A stretch of 64,000 nucleotides of DNA from Bugula neritina (lineage: Eukaryota; Animalia; Bryozoa), in assembly GCA_964035545.1 (NCBI GenBank), contig OZ037768.1, forward strand, positions 24,647,319 through 24,711,318. The letters run 5' to 3'. Numbering within the stretch: the stretch's first letter is position 1; every line of letters starts with the position of its first letter. Below, in pieces: positions 42,133 to 56,400 of this stretch. A program made the translations under genes and the position numbers. The notes under the pieces were generated by a model. It did no database searches and was not told the origin of the DNA. It saw only the letters and a program-made list of their open reading frames with translations.

Positions 42133-43572
42133 ACACTAATATGTAGTTTAGTTGTAGAACAGTAGTGGGGGTAGAGTACACTAATATGTAGTTTAGTTGC
42201 ATGACAGTAGTGGGGGTAGAGTACACTAATATGTAGTTTAGTTGCATGACAGTAGTGGGGGTAAAGTACACTAATATGTAGTTTAGTTGTAGAGCAGTAG
42301 TGGGGGTAGAGTACACTAATATGTAGTTTAGTTGCATGACAGTAGTGGGGGTAGAGTACACTAATATGTAGTTTAGTTGCATGACAGTAGTGGGGGTAAA
42401 GTACACTAATATGTAGTTTAGTTGTAGAGCAGTAGTGGGGGTAGAGTACACTAATATGTAGTTTAGTTGTAGAACAGTAGTGGGGGTAGAGTACACCAAT
42501 ATGTAGTTTAGTTGTATGACAGTAGTGGGGGTGAAGTACACTAATATGTAGTTTAGTTGCATGACAGTAGTGGGGGTGAAGTACACTAATATGTAATTTA
42601 GTTGTAGTGCAGTAGTGGGGTAGAGTACACTAATATGTAGTTTAGTTGTAGAACAGTAGTGGGGGTAGAGTACAATACTATGTTTTGTAGTTTTAGAACC
42701 CTATTGGGAGTGAATTACACCAATATGTAGTTTAGTTGTAGAGCAGTAGTGGGGGTAGAGTACACTAATATGTAGTTTAGTTGTATGACCGTAGTGGGGG
42801 TAGAGTACACTAATAGGTAGTTTAGTTGCATGACAGTAGTGGGGGTAAAGTACACTGCTATGTATTGTAGTTGTAGAACCCAATTGGGGGTGAATTACAC
42901 TAAAATGTAGTTTAGTTGTAGAGCAGTAGTGGGGTCAGAGTACACTAATATGTAGTTTAGTTGTAGAGCAGTAGTGGGGTCAGAGTACACTAATATGTAG
43001 TTTAGTTGTAGAGCAGTTGTGGGGGTAGAGTACACTAACAAGTAGTTTAATTGTAGAGCAGTAGTGGGGGTAGAGTACACTAATATGTAGTTTAGTTGTA
43101 GAACAGTAGTGGGGGTAGAGTACACTAATATGTAGTTTAGTTGTAGAACAGTAGTGGGGGTAGAGTACACTAATATGTAGTTAAGTTGTAGAACAGTAGT
43201 GGGGGTAGGGTACACTAATATGTAGCTCAGTTGTAGAGCAGTAGTGGGGGTAGAGTAACCTAATATGTAGTTCAGTTGTAGGGCAGTAGTGGGGGTAGAG
43301 TACACTAATATGTAGTTTAGTTGTAGAGCAGTAGTGGGGGTAGAGTACACTAATATGTAATTTAGTTGTAGTGCAGTAGTGGGGGTAGAGTACACTAATA
43401 TGTAGTTTAGTTGTAGAACAGTAGTGGGGGTAGAGTACACTAATATGTAGTTTAGTTGTAGAACAGTAGTGGGGGTAGAGTACACTAATGTGTAGTTTAG
43501 TTGTAGAGCAGTAGTGGGGGTAGAGTACACTAATGTGTAGTTTAGTTGTAGAACAGTAGTGGGGGTAAAGTA
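42133..43572. repeat. 42-nt intergenic repeat ACACTAATATGTAGTTTAGTTGTAGA(A/G)CAGTAGTGGGGGTAGAGT
   Basis: Visible periodicity. Confidence 0.93.
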
Positions 43573-44402
43573 AAGCCAACAGCACAACTCATGCATAGTG
43601 TAGTTGTAGGATAGTAGTGGGGAGAAAGTACACTGACAGAAACCGTAAGACATGAGTTAACTTATTTATTAGAAACTGACTTTGCTGAATCAAAATAGCA
43701 ACTTTAATCTTCATATTATAGCCAGTATTTTAATGTGTAACAAATGAGTGCTTAGAACAATAGTACATGTAGCTATTACTACATTATAGTACATGTAATT
43801 ATAGTATATAATTATATATTATACCACATGTAAATATATATTATATTAGAATATTTCAGTCAAAATACAATATTGATAATTATCTGAAGACAAAAGTAAA
43901 TAAACTACAAGAATACAAAGATGTCCAAATAGTACTTCATAGCTGAAAAATATACAATATTACACAACAGAGAGAAAATAAACACAATAATGAAGGCCTT
44001 TGAATTAGTCTATGAATGTACACAGAATGACATGGACCCCAGTCTATGAATGTACACAGAATGGCATGAACCCCAGTCTATGAATGTACACAGAATGGCA
44101 TGGCTTTTAGTCTATGAATGTACACAGAATGACATGGACCCCAGTCTATAACAGGGCAGTGAGGAATTAATTGTAGTACAAGAAAAATAAAACACAAAAT
44201 CACAGTAGCAGTTACTATAGCAGTGACTATCATCAAGTTTATTAGAGGACAAAGTGTGAAGGTCACTTGTGTCAGCGTATGGTCTGTCATTATGTCAGCA
44301 GATTCCTCAAACAGTCCTGCAGCCAGTGTACCTCTCAGATGCACTGACACAGCAGACAAACATGCTCAGAATAAATAAATAGGAGTTGTGGCCGCTGTTG
44401 AA

Positions 44403-47400
44403 CTAGAGAGACGGGGCCGACCGATCGTTGACATTTACTGTCTTCTTTAGCCTCACCCCGCTGTGTATCTGTGAGAGTAAGGTGTTGCGGGGGGCAGAGG
44501 TGCCGACCCGACTGTTCTTCAAACTGTCCACAGCTGCTGGGAGTGGTCGCTGTGAGGAGGGCGGGGCAGGGGGACCCTCAGAGGTGCCACCCAGAGTCGA
44601 GTTGAGTTGAGCTAAGAAGTTTGTGTTTATTTTACTCCCTTTCTTAGAAAGAGTAGGCGGCGGGACGACTCCCTTAGAATTTAGTTTTGGTGACCGGGAG
44701 CCGGGCTGCCAGGGGGCAGCGGGATTCGTGTGCTGTTGGTGGTGCGGCACTGGAGTTGGGTGGAGAGTTGAAGCTGTGTGGGAGGGGGGCGGGAGGGGAG
44801 CCCCGTGATGAGAGACAGAGTAGGGTGGTGCTGGGGAGAGCTGACTGGTGAGATAGGGAGGGGCCGGAGAGTGCGGCAGAGGGGGTGGAAGATCACTGAT
44901 ATTGAATGGTAAGCTGCTGTCTGGCCTGGTGTCGGCTCCAAACTCCTCAGGGGGAGGTGGCAAAACGGCCGGATCAACTGGATGACAGGGTAAAGGCACA
45001 GCATAAGGATCTACAAACATGATATATTATATGATATGATATAATGTATCTATACTGAATATATGATGTATAGTGTATATTATACTGAATATATATGATA
45101 TATAGTGTATATATACTGAATATATATGATATATAGTGTATATTATACTGAATATATATGATATATAGTATATATTATACTGAATATATATGATATATAG
45201 TATATATTATACTGAGTATATATGATATATAGTATATATTATACTGAATATATATGATATATAGTGTATATTATACTGAATATATATGATATATAGTATA
45301 TATTATACTGAATATATATGATATATAGTATATATTATACTGAATATATATGATATATAGTATATATTATACTGAATATATATGATATATAGTATATATT
45401 ATACTGAGAATATGATATAGACTGAGTACCCTCATCATCGTGGTGGAGAATAGCCGGGGGAGGGGGAGAAGGGAAGGGCACACTGGAGCGACCATTATTC
45501 TTGCCATCAACAGCAGAGAGTCTAGGCTTAGGACTGAGTAGAGGAGGTTTAGAAGAGCGTTGGCTGGTGGGTCTGTCCACGGCACCGTTTATACTGGAGG
45601 ATACGGAGGAGGAACGGCGTACAGGAGGAGGTGGTTTGGTGTGTCCAGGTGGGTGTCTCATCAGTGCTTTACCTGCCCAGTTGACTACTTCTACACCTGC
45701 AGTGTGTTATAATATACAGAGTGTAGTATAATATACAGAGTATAATATACAGAGTATAGTATACAGAGTATAATATACAGAGTATAATATACAGAGTATA
45801 ATATACAGAGTATAGTATACAGAGTATAGTATACAGAGTATAATATACAGAGTATAATATACAGAGTATAATATACAGAGTATAATATACAGAGTGTAGT
45901 ATAATATACAGAGTATAATATACAGAGTATAGTATACAGAGTGTAGTATAATATACAGAGTATAATATACAGAGTATACAGAGTATAGTATACAGAGTAT
46001 AGTATACAGAGTATAATATACAGAGTATAATATACAGAGTATAGTATAATATACAGAGTATAGTATACAGAGTATAGTATACAGAGTATAATATACAGAG
46101 TATAATATACAGAGTATAGTATAATATACAGAGTATAGTATACAGAGTATAGTATACAGAGTATAATATACAGAGTATAATATACAGAGTATACAGAGTA
46201 TACAGAGTATAGTATACAGAGTATAATATACAGAGTATAATATACAGAGTATAATATACAGAGTATAATATACAGAGTATAGTATAATATACAGAGTATA
46301 GTATACAGAGTATAGTATACAGAGTATAGTATACAGAGTATAATATACAGAGTATAATATACAGAGTATAATATACAGAGTATAGTATAATATACAGAGT
46401 ATAGTATACAGAGTATAGTATACAGAGTATAGTATACAGAGTATAATATACAGAGTATAATATACAGAGTATAATATACAGAGTGTAGTATACAGAGTAT
46501 AGTACACAAATACCCGTTGCCTCTCTCTCCAACTCATTCACATGTTTGCCAGAAGCAGATTGGTGCGCTGGCTGCTGAAAGACAGGTGAGGGAGGAATAT
46601 GCTGATGCAATGACGGAGGTTTCCCCGTCTGTGACGTGTGGAGGGAGGCAGACTTAGCTGCGTGTACTTGCTTTGTGTGTATAGAATATGGTGTGTCTAC
46701 AAGAGGGAGAGGCATGAACAGTGGAATATGGAGCAATGCGTCTAGGAAATGGCGGTGTGGAGAAAACAAAAATAACAACAGAGAGAAGAACTACATAACA
46801 GACTAGCGACTCATCAACACACTGCAAAGTGATGACAACGTGGAAATCAAGTCGACTGAATAAGTAACTGATGGAGACGATGCAGTGAAATAAACAGCTG
46901 ACTAGTTGACTAACAGAATTCCCCTTACCTACGAGGATGAGAAGGAACTGAGTCTAGGCCTTGGAACTGGCCGAACTCTCACCACTACATGTACATGTAT
47001 ACACTATATACTGAGAGTATACCGAGAGTAACTAGAGAGTAACTAGAGAGTACACTGAGAGAGTAACTAGAGAGTATACTGAGAGTAACTAGAGAGTATA
47101 CTGAGAGAGTAACTAGAGAGTATACTGAGAGTACACTGAGAGAGTAACTAGAGAGTATACTGAGAGTAACTAGAGAGTATACTGAGTGGAGCTCATACCG
47201 TGTGTGACCAGCTGAACTTCCTCTGAGGCAGAAGAGTTGCTGGTAGTCGTGCCGTAGCCGCTAGAGCTAACTACAGATCGCCGACCGCTAGGCTCTCCCA
47301 GACAGTCATTGAGTGCTGCCGTACTCGCTTCCAACTCCTTGATGGCATCAGCCAGGGCATCGTTCTGTGCCTACAAATAGGGTGAAACCGACTTACAGAT

Positions 47401-50400
47401 GGTGAGAGATGACACGGTGACATTGGAGACGGGAGTCTAGATAGACTACTCAACAGCAAGATAACGACAACAGAGACTCCAGCATTCCAACTCAAACTGT
47501 ACTTCTCTGAAACAGGCCGAAACATTCTGAAGGTATTTGAGTGGAAATTTTCGACTGGAAAAAAAAGGTTATTCGGGCACCAAAATACAAATATATTATA
47601 AGATACATAGAACAATAACAAAAGATTGAAATAAATGAGAAATGAATTGAGCATGCAAGAGTGTGGAGTGCGGAGAGATGAGATGAGGAGAGATGAGGAG
47701 AGATGAGGAGAGATGAAATGAGGAGAGATGAGATGAGGAGAGATGAGATGAGGAGAGATGAGACGAGATGAGGAGAGATGAGATGAGATGAGACGAGGAG
47801 AGATGAGACGAGGAGAGATGAGATGAGAAGAGATGAGACGAGGAGAGATGAGGAGAGACGAGATGAGGAGAGATGAGGAGAGACGAGGAGAGATGAGATG
47901 AGGAGAGATGAGATGAGGAGAGACGAGGAGAGATGAGATGAGAAGAGATGAGATGAGGAGAGATGAGATGAGGAGAGATGAGATGAGGAGAGACGAGGAG
48001 AGATGAGATGAGGAGAGATGAGATGAGACGAGGAGAGATGAGAAGAGATGAGATGAGGAGAGATGAGATGAGAAGAGATGAGATGAGGAGAGATGAGATG
48101 AGGAGAGAGATGAGATGAGGAGAGATGAGATGAGATGAGGAGAGATGAGGAGAGATGAGATGAGGAGAGATGAGGAGAGATGAGATGAGGAGAGATGAGA
48201 TGAGGAGAGATGAGACGAGATGAGAAGAGATGAGATGAGGAGAGATGAGACGAGATGAGATGAGGAGAGAGATGAGATGAGGAGAGATGAGACGAGATGA
48301 GATGAGGAGAGAGATGAGATGAGGAGAGATGAGATGAGGAGAGATGAGATGAGATGAGGAGAGATGAGATGAGGAGAGATGAGATGAGGAGAGACGAGAT
48401 GAGGAGAGACGAGGAGAGATGAGACGAGGAGAGATGAGATGAGAAGAGATGAGATGAGGAGAGATGAGATGAGGAGAGACGAGGAGAGATGAGATGAGGA
48501 GAGATGAGGAGAGATGAGATGAGGAGAGATGAGGAGAGATGAGATGAGGAGAGATGAGATGAGAAGAGATGAGATGAGGAGAGATGAGATGAGAAGAGAT
48601 GAGACGAGGAGAGATGAGACGAGATGAGATGAGGAGAGACGAGGAGAGATGAGGAGAGATGAGATGAGGAGAGATGAGATGAGGAGAGACGAGATGAGGA
48701 GAGATGAGATGAGGAGAGATGAGATGAGGAGAGATGAGGAGAGATGAGATGAGGAGAGACGAGGAGAGATGAGACGAGGAGAGATGAGATGAGAAGAGAT
48801 GAGACGAGATGAGGAGAGATGAGGAGAGACGAGGAGAGATGAGATGAGGAGAGATGAGATGAGGAGAGATGAGATGAGAAGAGACGAGACGAGGAGAGAC
48901 GAGATGAGGAGAGAGTATAAAATAAGTAGATCTGCCAACTGCAAACATCGGCAATACATGCAGTAAGTTGCACATGAGATGAGAGACACGAATCAGTAAA
49001 GTAGTACGAGAACACCGGAGCTGTAGATGTGGTAGCAACTGTAAGGAGAAAGGGAGAGGGGAGAGGTTGTACTAAACTAACTGAACCAAGTTTGTCTACT
49101 GACTACACACAATACCCAACACCTTGCCTTTCTAACTAAGATATCACTGTCTGTGAGGCATTCTAGTGCTGCTGTCGATGCCTCCATTTCCTTGACAGCG
49201 GCAGCAATATTACTCCCCGTAGAGTAACGTCTGCACCTGGCCTGTAATGACTGCATAGTCAGCATTTCACTGAGTACTACTGAGTACTACTATCACACTG
49301 AGTACTACTATCACACTGAGTACTACTATCACACTGAGTACTACTGAGTACTACTATCACACTGAGTACTACTATCACACTGAGTACTACTACCACACTG
49401 AGTACTACTGAGTACTACTATCACACTGAGTACTACTGAGTACTACTATCACACTGAGTACTACTATCACACTGAGTACTACTATCACACTGAGTACTAC
49501 TGAGTACTACTATCACACTGAGTACTACTGAGTACTACTATCACACTGAGTACTACTATCACACTGAGTACTACTATCACACTGAGTACTACTGAGTACT
49601 ACTATCACACTGAGTACTACTGAGTACTACTATCACACTGAGTACTAGTATCACACTGAGTACTACTATCACACTGAGTACTACTTACTCTGATCTCTTC
49701 ATCTTTCGTGGTTGGAGGACGCATATTTGCAGCAGCTTGCTCCGAGACAGAGTCAGTCACCTTCACAGAGAGAGTCCCTCCTGCTTCTTCTTTTCGCTTG
49801 GCAGCAATTTTAGCAGCCAGTTCGTGTGTGTTCATATAGATAGGTTCAGCTGTAATATACAGAGAGTATATATAGATAGGTTCAGCTGTAATATACAGAG
49901 AGTATATATAGATAGGTTCAGCTGTAATATACAGAGAGTTCATATAGATAGGTTCAGCTGTAATATACAGAGAGTTCATATAGATAGGTTCAGCTGTAAT
50001 ATACAGACAGTATATATAGATAGGTTCAGCTGTAATATACAGACAGTACATATAGATAGGTTCAGCTGTAATATACAGAGAGTTCATATAGATAGGTTCA
50101 GCTGTAATATACAGACAGTATATATAGATAGGTTCAGCTGTAATATACAGACAGTACATATAGATAGGTTCAGCTGTAATATACAGAGAGTACATATAGA
50201 TAGGTTCAGCTGTAATATACAGAGAGTACATATAGATAGGTTCAGCTGTAATATACAGAGAGTACATATAGATAGGTTCAGCTGTAATATACAGACAGTA
50301 CATATAGATAGGTTCAGCTGTAATATACAGACAGTACATATAGATAGGTTCAGCTGTAATATACAGAGAGTACATATAGATAGGTTCAGCTGTAATATAC

Positions 50401-53400
50401 AGAGAGTTCATATAGATAGGTTCAGCTGTAATATACAGAGAGTATATATAGATAGGTTCAGCTGTAATATACAGAGAGTACATATAGATAGGTTCAGCTG
50501 TAATATACAGAGAGTACATATAGATAGGTTCAGCTGTAATATACAGACAGTTCATATAGATAGGTTCAGCTGTAATATACAGAGAGTACATATAGATAGG
50601 TTCAGCTGTAATATACAGAGAGTACATATAGATAGGTTCAGCTGTAATATACAGAGAGTTCATATAGATAGGTTCAGCTGTAATATACAGACAGTTCATA
50701 TAGATAGGTTCAGCTGTAATATACAGACAGTACATATAGATAGGTTCAGCTGTAATATACAGAGAGTACATATAGATAGGTTCAGCTGTAATATACAGAG
50801 AGTTCATATAGATAGGTTCAGCTGTAATATACAGAGAGTACATATAGATAGGTTCAGCTGTAATATACAGACAGTTCATATAGATAGGTTCAGCTGTAAT
50901 ATACAGAGAGTTCATATAGATAGGTTCAGCTGTAATATACAGAGAGTTCATATAGATAGGTTCAGCTGTAATATACAGAGAGTACATATAGATAGGTTCA
51001 GCTGTAATATACAGAGAGTACATATAGATAGGTTCAGCTGTAATATACAGAGAGTATATATAGATAGGTTCAGCTGTAATATACAGACAGTACATATAGA
51101 TAGGTTCAGCTGTAATATACAGAGAGTACATATAGATAGGTTCAGCTGTAATATACAGAGAGTACATATAGATAGGTTCAGCTGTAATATACAGAGAGTA
51201 CATATAGATAGGTTCAGCTGTAATATACAGAGAGTTCATATAGATAGGTTCAGCTGTAATATACAGAGAGTATATATAGATAGGTTCAGCTGTAATATAC
51301 AGACAGTATATATAGATAGGTTCAGCTGTAATATACAGAGAGTACATATAGATAGGTTCAGCTGTAATATACAGAGAGTATATATAGATAGGTTCAGCTG
51401 TAATATACAGACAGTACATATAGATAGGTTCAGCTGTAATATACAGACAGTACATATAGATAGGTTCAGCTGTAATATACAGACAGTACATATAGATAGG
51501 TTCAGCTGTAATATACAGACAGTACATATAGATAGGTTCAGCTGTAATATACAGAGAGTATATATAGATAGGTTCAGCTGTAATATACAGAGAGTATATA
51601 TAGATAGGTTCAGCTGTAATATACAGAGAGTACATATAGATAGGTTCAGCTGTAATATACAGAGAGTACATATAGATAGGTTCAGCTGTAATATACAGAG
51701 AGTATATATAGATAGGTTCAGCTGTAATATACAGACAGTACATATAGATAGGTTCAGCTGTAATATACAGACAGTTCATATAGATAGGTTCAGCTGTAAT
51801 ATACAGAGAGTACATATAGATAGGTTCAGCTGTAATATACAGAGAGTATATATAGATAGGTTCAGCTGTAATATACAGACAGTACATATAGATAGGTTCA
51901 GCTGTAATATACAGACAGTACATATAGATAGGTTCAGCTGTAATATACAGACAGTACATATAGATAGGTTCAGCTGTAATATACAGAGAGTACATATAGA
52001 TAGGTTCAGCTGTAATATACAGAGAGTATATATAGATAGGTTCAGCTGTAATATACAGACAGTTCATATAGATAGGTTCAGCTGTAATATACAGAGAGTA
52101 TATATAGATAGGTTCAGCTGTAATATACAGACAGTACATATAGATAGGTTCAGCTGTAATATACAGAGAGTATATATAGATAGGTTCAGCTGTAATATAC
52201 AGACAGTATATATAGATAGGTTCAGCTGTAATATACAGACAGTACATATAGATAGGTTCAGCTGTAATATACAGACAGTTCATATAGATAGGTTCAGCTG
52301 TAATATACAGAGAGTTCATATAGATAGGTTCAGCTGTAATATACAGAGAGTACATATAGATAGGTTCAGCTGTAATATACAGACAGTACATATAGATAGG
52401 TTCAGCTGTAATATACAGAGAGTACATATAGATAGGTTCAGCTGTAATATACAGAGAGTACATATGTACATATAGATAGGTTCAGCTGTAATATACAGAG
52501 AGTTCATATAGATAGGTTCAGCTGTAATATACAGAGAGTACATATAGATAGGTTCAGCTGTAATATACAGAGAGTACATATAGATAGGTTCAGCTGTAAT
52601 ATACAGAGAGTACATATGTACATATAGATAGGTCACTTACTTTCCATGAAAGGAACAGACGGCATGGCAACAGGTTTGGGCTTGGCGCGGGTTCTGGGAG
52701 GCGCAGAGCTTCTGGTGTTGGTGGTGCTGTTACGTCTGAGACTCTGGGAGGTGGTTGAGGAGGCGGAGCTGTCAATACTACTCAGTCTCTGGGGACGGGG
52801 TGGAGGACCCATGATCTCTCCTGCGAACAGAAGATATCAGTGTAGAATATACTAGTGTTAGATGTAGAATATACTAGTGTTAGATGTAGAGTATACTAGT
52901 GTTAGATGTAGAGTATACTAGTGTTAGATGTAGAATATACTACTGTTAGATGTAGAGTATACTAGTGTTAGATGTAGAATATACTAGTGTTAGATGTAGA
53001 ATATAGTAGTGGTAGATGTAGAATATACTAGTGTTAGATGTAGAATATACTAGTGTTAGATGTAGAATATACTAGTGTAAGATGTAGAACATACTAGTGT
53101 TAGATGTAGAATATACTAGTGTTAGATGTAGAATATACTAGTGTTAGATGTAGAGTATACTACTGTTAGATGTAGAATATACTAGTGTTAGATGTAGAAT
53201 ATACTAGTGTTAGATGTAGAGTAGACTAGTGTTAGATGTAGAGTAGACTAGTGTTAGATGTAGAATATACTAGTGTTAGATGTAGAACATACTAGTGTTA
53301 GATGTAGAACATGTCTTACCAGAGGCTCTACTAACGAGAGAGTTGGATCTATCGAGATGCTGACGCTGTAGACTGTTGGTGGGGAGAGAATGAGCGCTGC

Positions 53401-56400
53401 CAGAGTCGAAGTCATTGCTGCCTCTGCTGCCCTGACTGATACTGGAGTAAACACTGAGAGAGTCTGACTTTTCTTCCTCCAGACTGCCATGACCTCTCTG
53501 CTGCTGCTGCGACACAGTATATACAGTAACTATACACTGTATATACTAACTATACAGTGTATACTAACTATACAGTGTATACTAACTATACAGTGTATAC
53601 TAACTATACAGTATATACTAACTATACAGTATATACTAACTATACAGTGTATACTAACTATACAGTGTATACTAACTATACAGTATATACTAACTATACA
53701 GTATATACTAAGTATACAGTATATACTAACTATACAGTGTATACTAACTATACAGTGTATACTAACTATACAGTGTATACTAACTATACAGTGTATACTA
53801 ACTATACAGTATATACTAACTATACAGTATATACTAACTATACAGTATATACTAACTATACAGTGTATACTAACTATACAGTGTATACTAACTATACAGT
53901 ATATACTAACTATACAGTGTATACTAACTATACAGTGTATACTAACTATACAGTGTATACTAACTATACAGTATATACTAACTATACAGTGTATACTAAC
54001 TATACAGTATATACTAACTATACAGTACATACTAAGTATACAGTATATACTAACTATACAGTATATACTAACTATACAGTATATACTAACTATACAGTAC
54101 ATACTAACTATACAGTATATACTAACTATACAGTATATACTAACTATACAGTGTATACTAACTATACAGTATATACTAACTATACAGTATATACTAAGTA
54201 TACAGTATATACTAACTATACGGTGTTAATACGCAGTTAGAGGGGAAGCAGGTATAATAACACACCTTAGTGGAATCACTACGGCTGCCAATATGGCTGC
54301 CGGTATGCACAGCAGATCTACCAAACAAAGCGTCTTGTGAAGTGAAGCCAGAATCATGAGATGCAGCACTGAGTGAGCAGTTAATATTGGATGACTAAAA
54401 CATACGGTATACAGTATATGTGTATAGAGTATACAGTATATATGTATAGAGTATACAGTATATGTGTATAGAGTATAGAGTATATGTGTATAGAGTATAG
54501 AGTATATGTGTATAGAGTATAGAGTATATGTGTATAGAGTATACAGTATATGTGTATAAAGTATACAGTATATGTGTATGGAGTATACAGTATATGTGTA
54601 TAGAGTATACAGTATATGTGTATAAAGTATACAGTATATGTGTATAGAGTATACAGTATATATGTATAGAGTATACAGTATATGTGTATAGAGTATACAG
54701 TATGTGTGTATAGAGTATATAGTATATGTGTATAGAGTATACAGTATATGTGTATAGAGTAAACAGTATACACATATACTGTATATACTCTATACACATG
54801 CCTGGTGGTGCAAGGTTCATGCTGTACAGTAACATATAATACAAATAATAATAATAATAGTATAAAATAATAAAATATAATAATATAAAACACAAATACA
54901 TCTCAAATTCAGTGATATAAACGGAGTTCATGCAGGCTACTAGCTACTGTGCAAGGAAGTTTGGACTGTAAAGTATTGGGTTACTAGCTAATAGTCACTA
55001 GTCACTGGCTAATAGTTACTAGTTACTAGCAAGTAGTTACTAGCTAATATTTACTAGTTACTAGCAAATAGTCACTAGCTAATAGTTACTAGCTAATGGT
55101 TACTAGTTACTAGCAGCTAGTACGACTCACCTTCTGAGCTTGCAGCCGAGTGGCTGGCGAGGAGCTGCGCTGTGACGTAACGTCACTCTCAGTGGCGCTG
55201 ACCAGAGAGTTGATGCTGGAGGAGAGGCTGTGACGGTCTGACGTTGGTGAGTCAGGAGGCGTCTAGAAAATAAGAGGAGTCTAGAGAATAAGAGGAGGAG
55301 TCTAGAGAATAAGAGGAGGAGTCTAGAGAATAAGAGGAGGAGTCTAGAGAATAAGAGAAGGAGTCTAGAGAATAAGAGGAGGAGTCTAGAGAATAAGAGG
55401 AGGAGTCTAGAGAATAAAAGGAGGAGTCTAGAGAATAAGAGGAGGAGTCTAGAGAATAAGAGGAGGAGTCTAGAGAATAAGAGGAGGAGTCTAGAGAATA
55501 AGAGAAGGAGTCTAGAGAATAAGAGGAGGAGTCTAGAGAATAAGAGGAGGAGTCTAGAGAATAAGAGGAGGAGTCTAGAGAATAAAAGGAGGAGTCTAGA
55601 GAATAAGAGGAGGAGTCTAGAGAATAAGAGGAGGAGTGTAGAGAATAAGAGGGGGAGTGTAGAGAATAAGAGGGGGAGTCTAGATAATAAGAGGGAATGA
55701 AGCAGCGAGTCATGCGCTGAGATAGACAGGAAGTGAGAGGGTTCAAGCTGTGAATTGAAAATACACTTTCAGTTAAATATAAGAGGCAAATACAGCATGA
55801 CTTGTGGTATAAATCTGCACTCATTTCTGTGGCTTATTAAGGAAGATTCCAAATGTTAATTATAGGCTGTGGATTGCATACAGTGAAAGCATTACCAACT
55901 TATAAACGTGTGTTGAGAGCAAGTATTTGCACAATGCAGCAGCAGAGGCAGTAGTAATAGTAGTAGTGGTCGTCATAGTAGTAGTAGCAGGGTTGGGGTC
56001 AATTACATGTAAATGTAATTAATTACAATTACATGAAGATTTGTCAATTACAATTACAGTTAAAAAGTAATGTAATTAATTACAATTACAATTGCATGGT
56101 AACGTAATTAATTACAATTGCAATTACTTCTGTTCTCACAAGGGATAACTAAAAGTTATACAATATCACTTCTAGGGTCCAACTACCAGGGGCAATGTTG
56201 ACAGTGGTGAACCTCCTTTGTTCCCAACAGTGACACTACAGGGTCAATCCATGCCAAATCAACTAAATTTTAAGGGGTCCCACGTCTTTGCTTCTCAGAC
56301 TTTGCTCATATTTACACCAAATGGACCTACACATGTCCGAAGTACTATTCGTGAATATTTCTGACATGACACATAAACTTTTTGAGAAATGACTACTTTT

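Noticed and set aside
47397-47554. Frame-compatible candidate MTSS1 exon (ENFHSNTFRMFRPVSEK...)
   Set aside because: Joining it to the next exon needs a 26-nt intron, and it has no recognisable homology.
54266-54317. Candidate 52-nt MTSS1 cassette exon with AG/GT boundaries
   Set aside because: In-frame stop, length not a multiple of 3, and the flanking exons join in phase without it.
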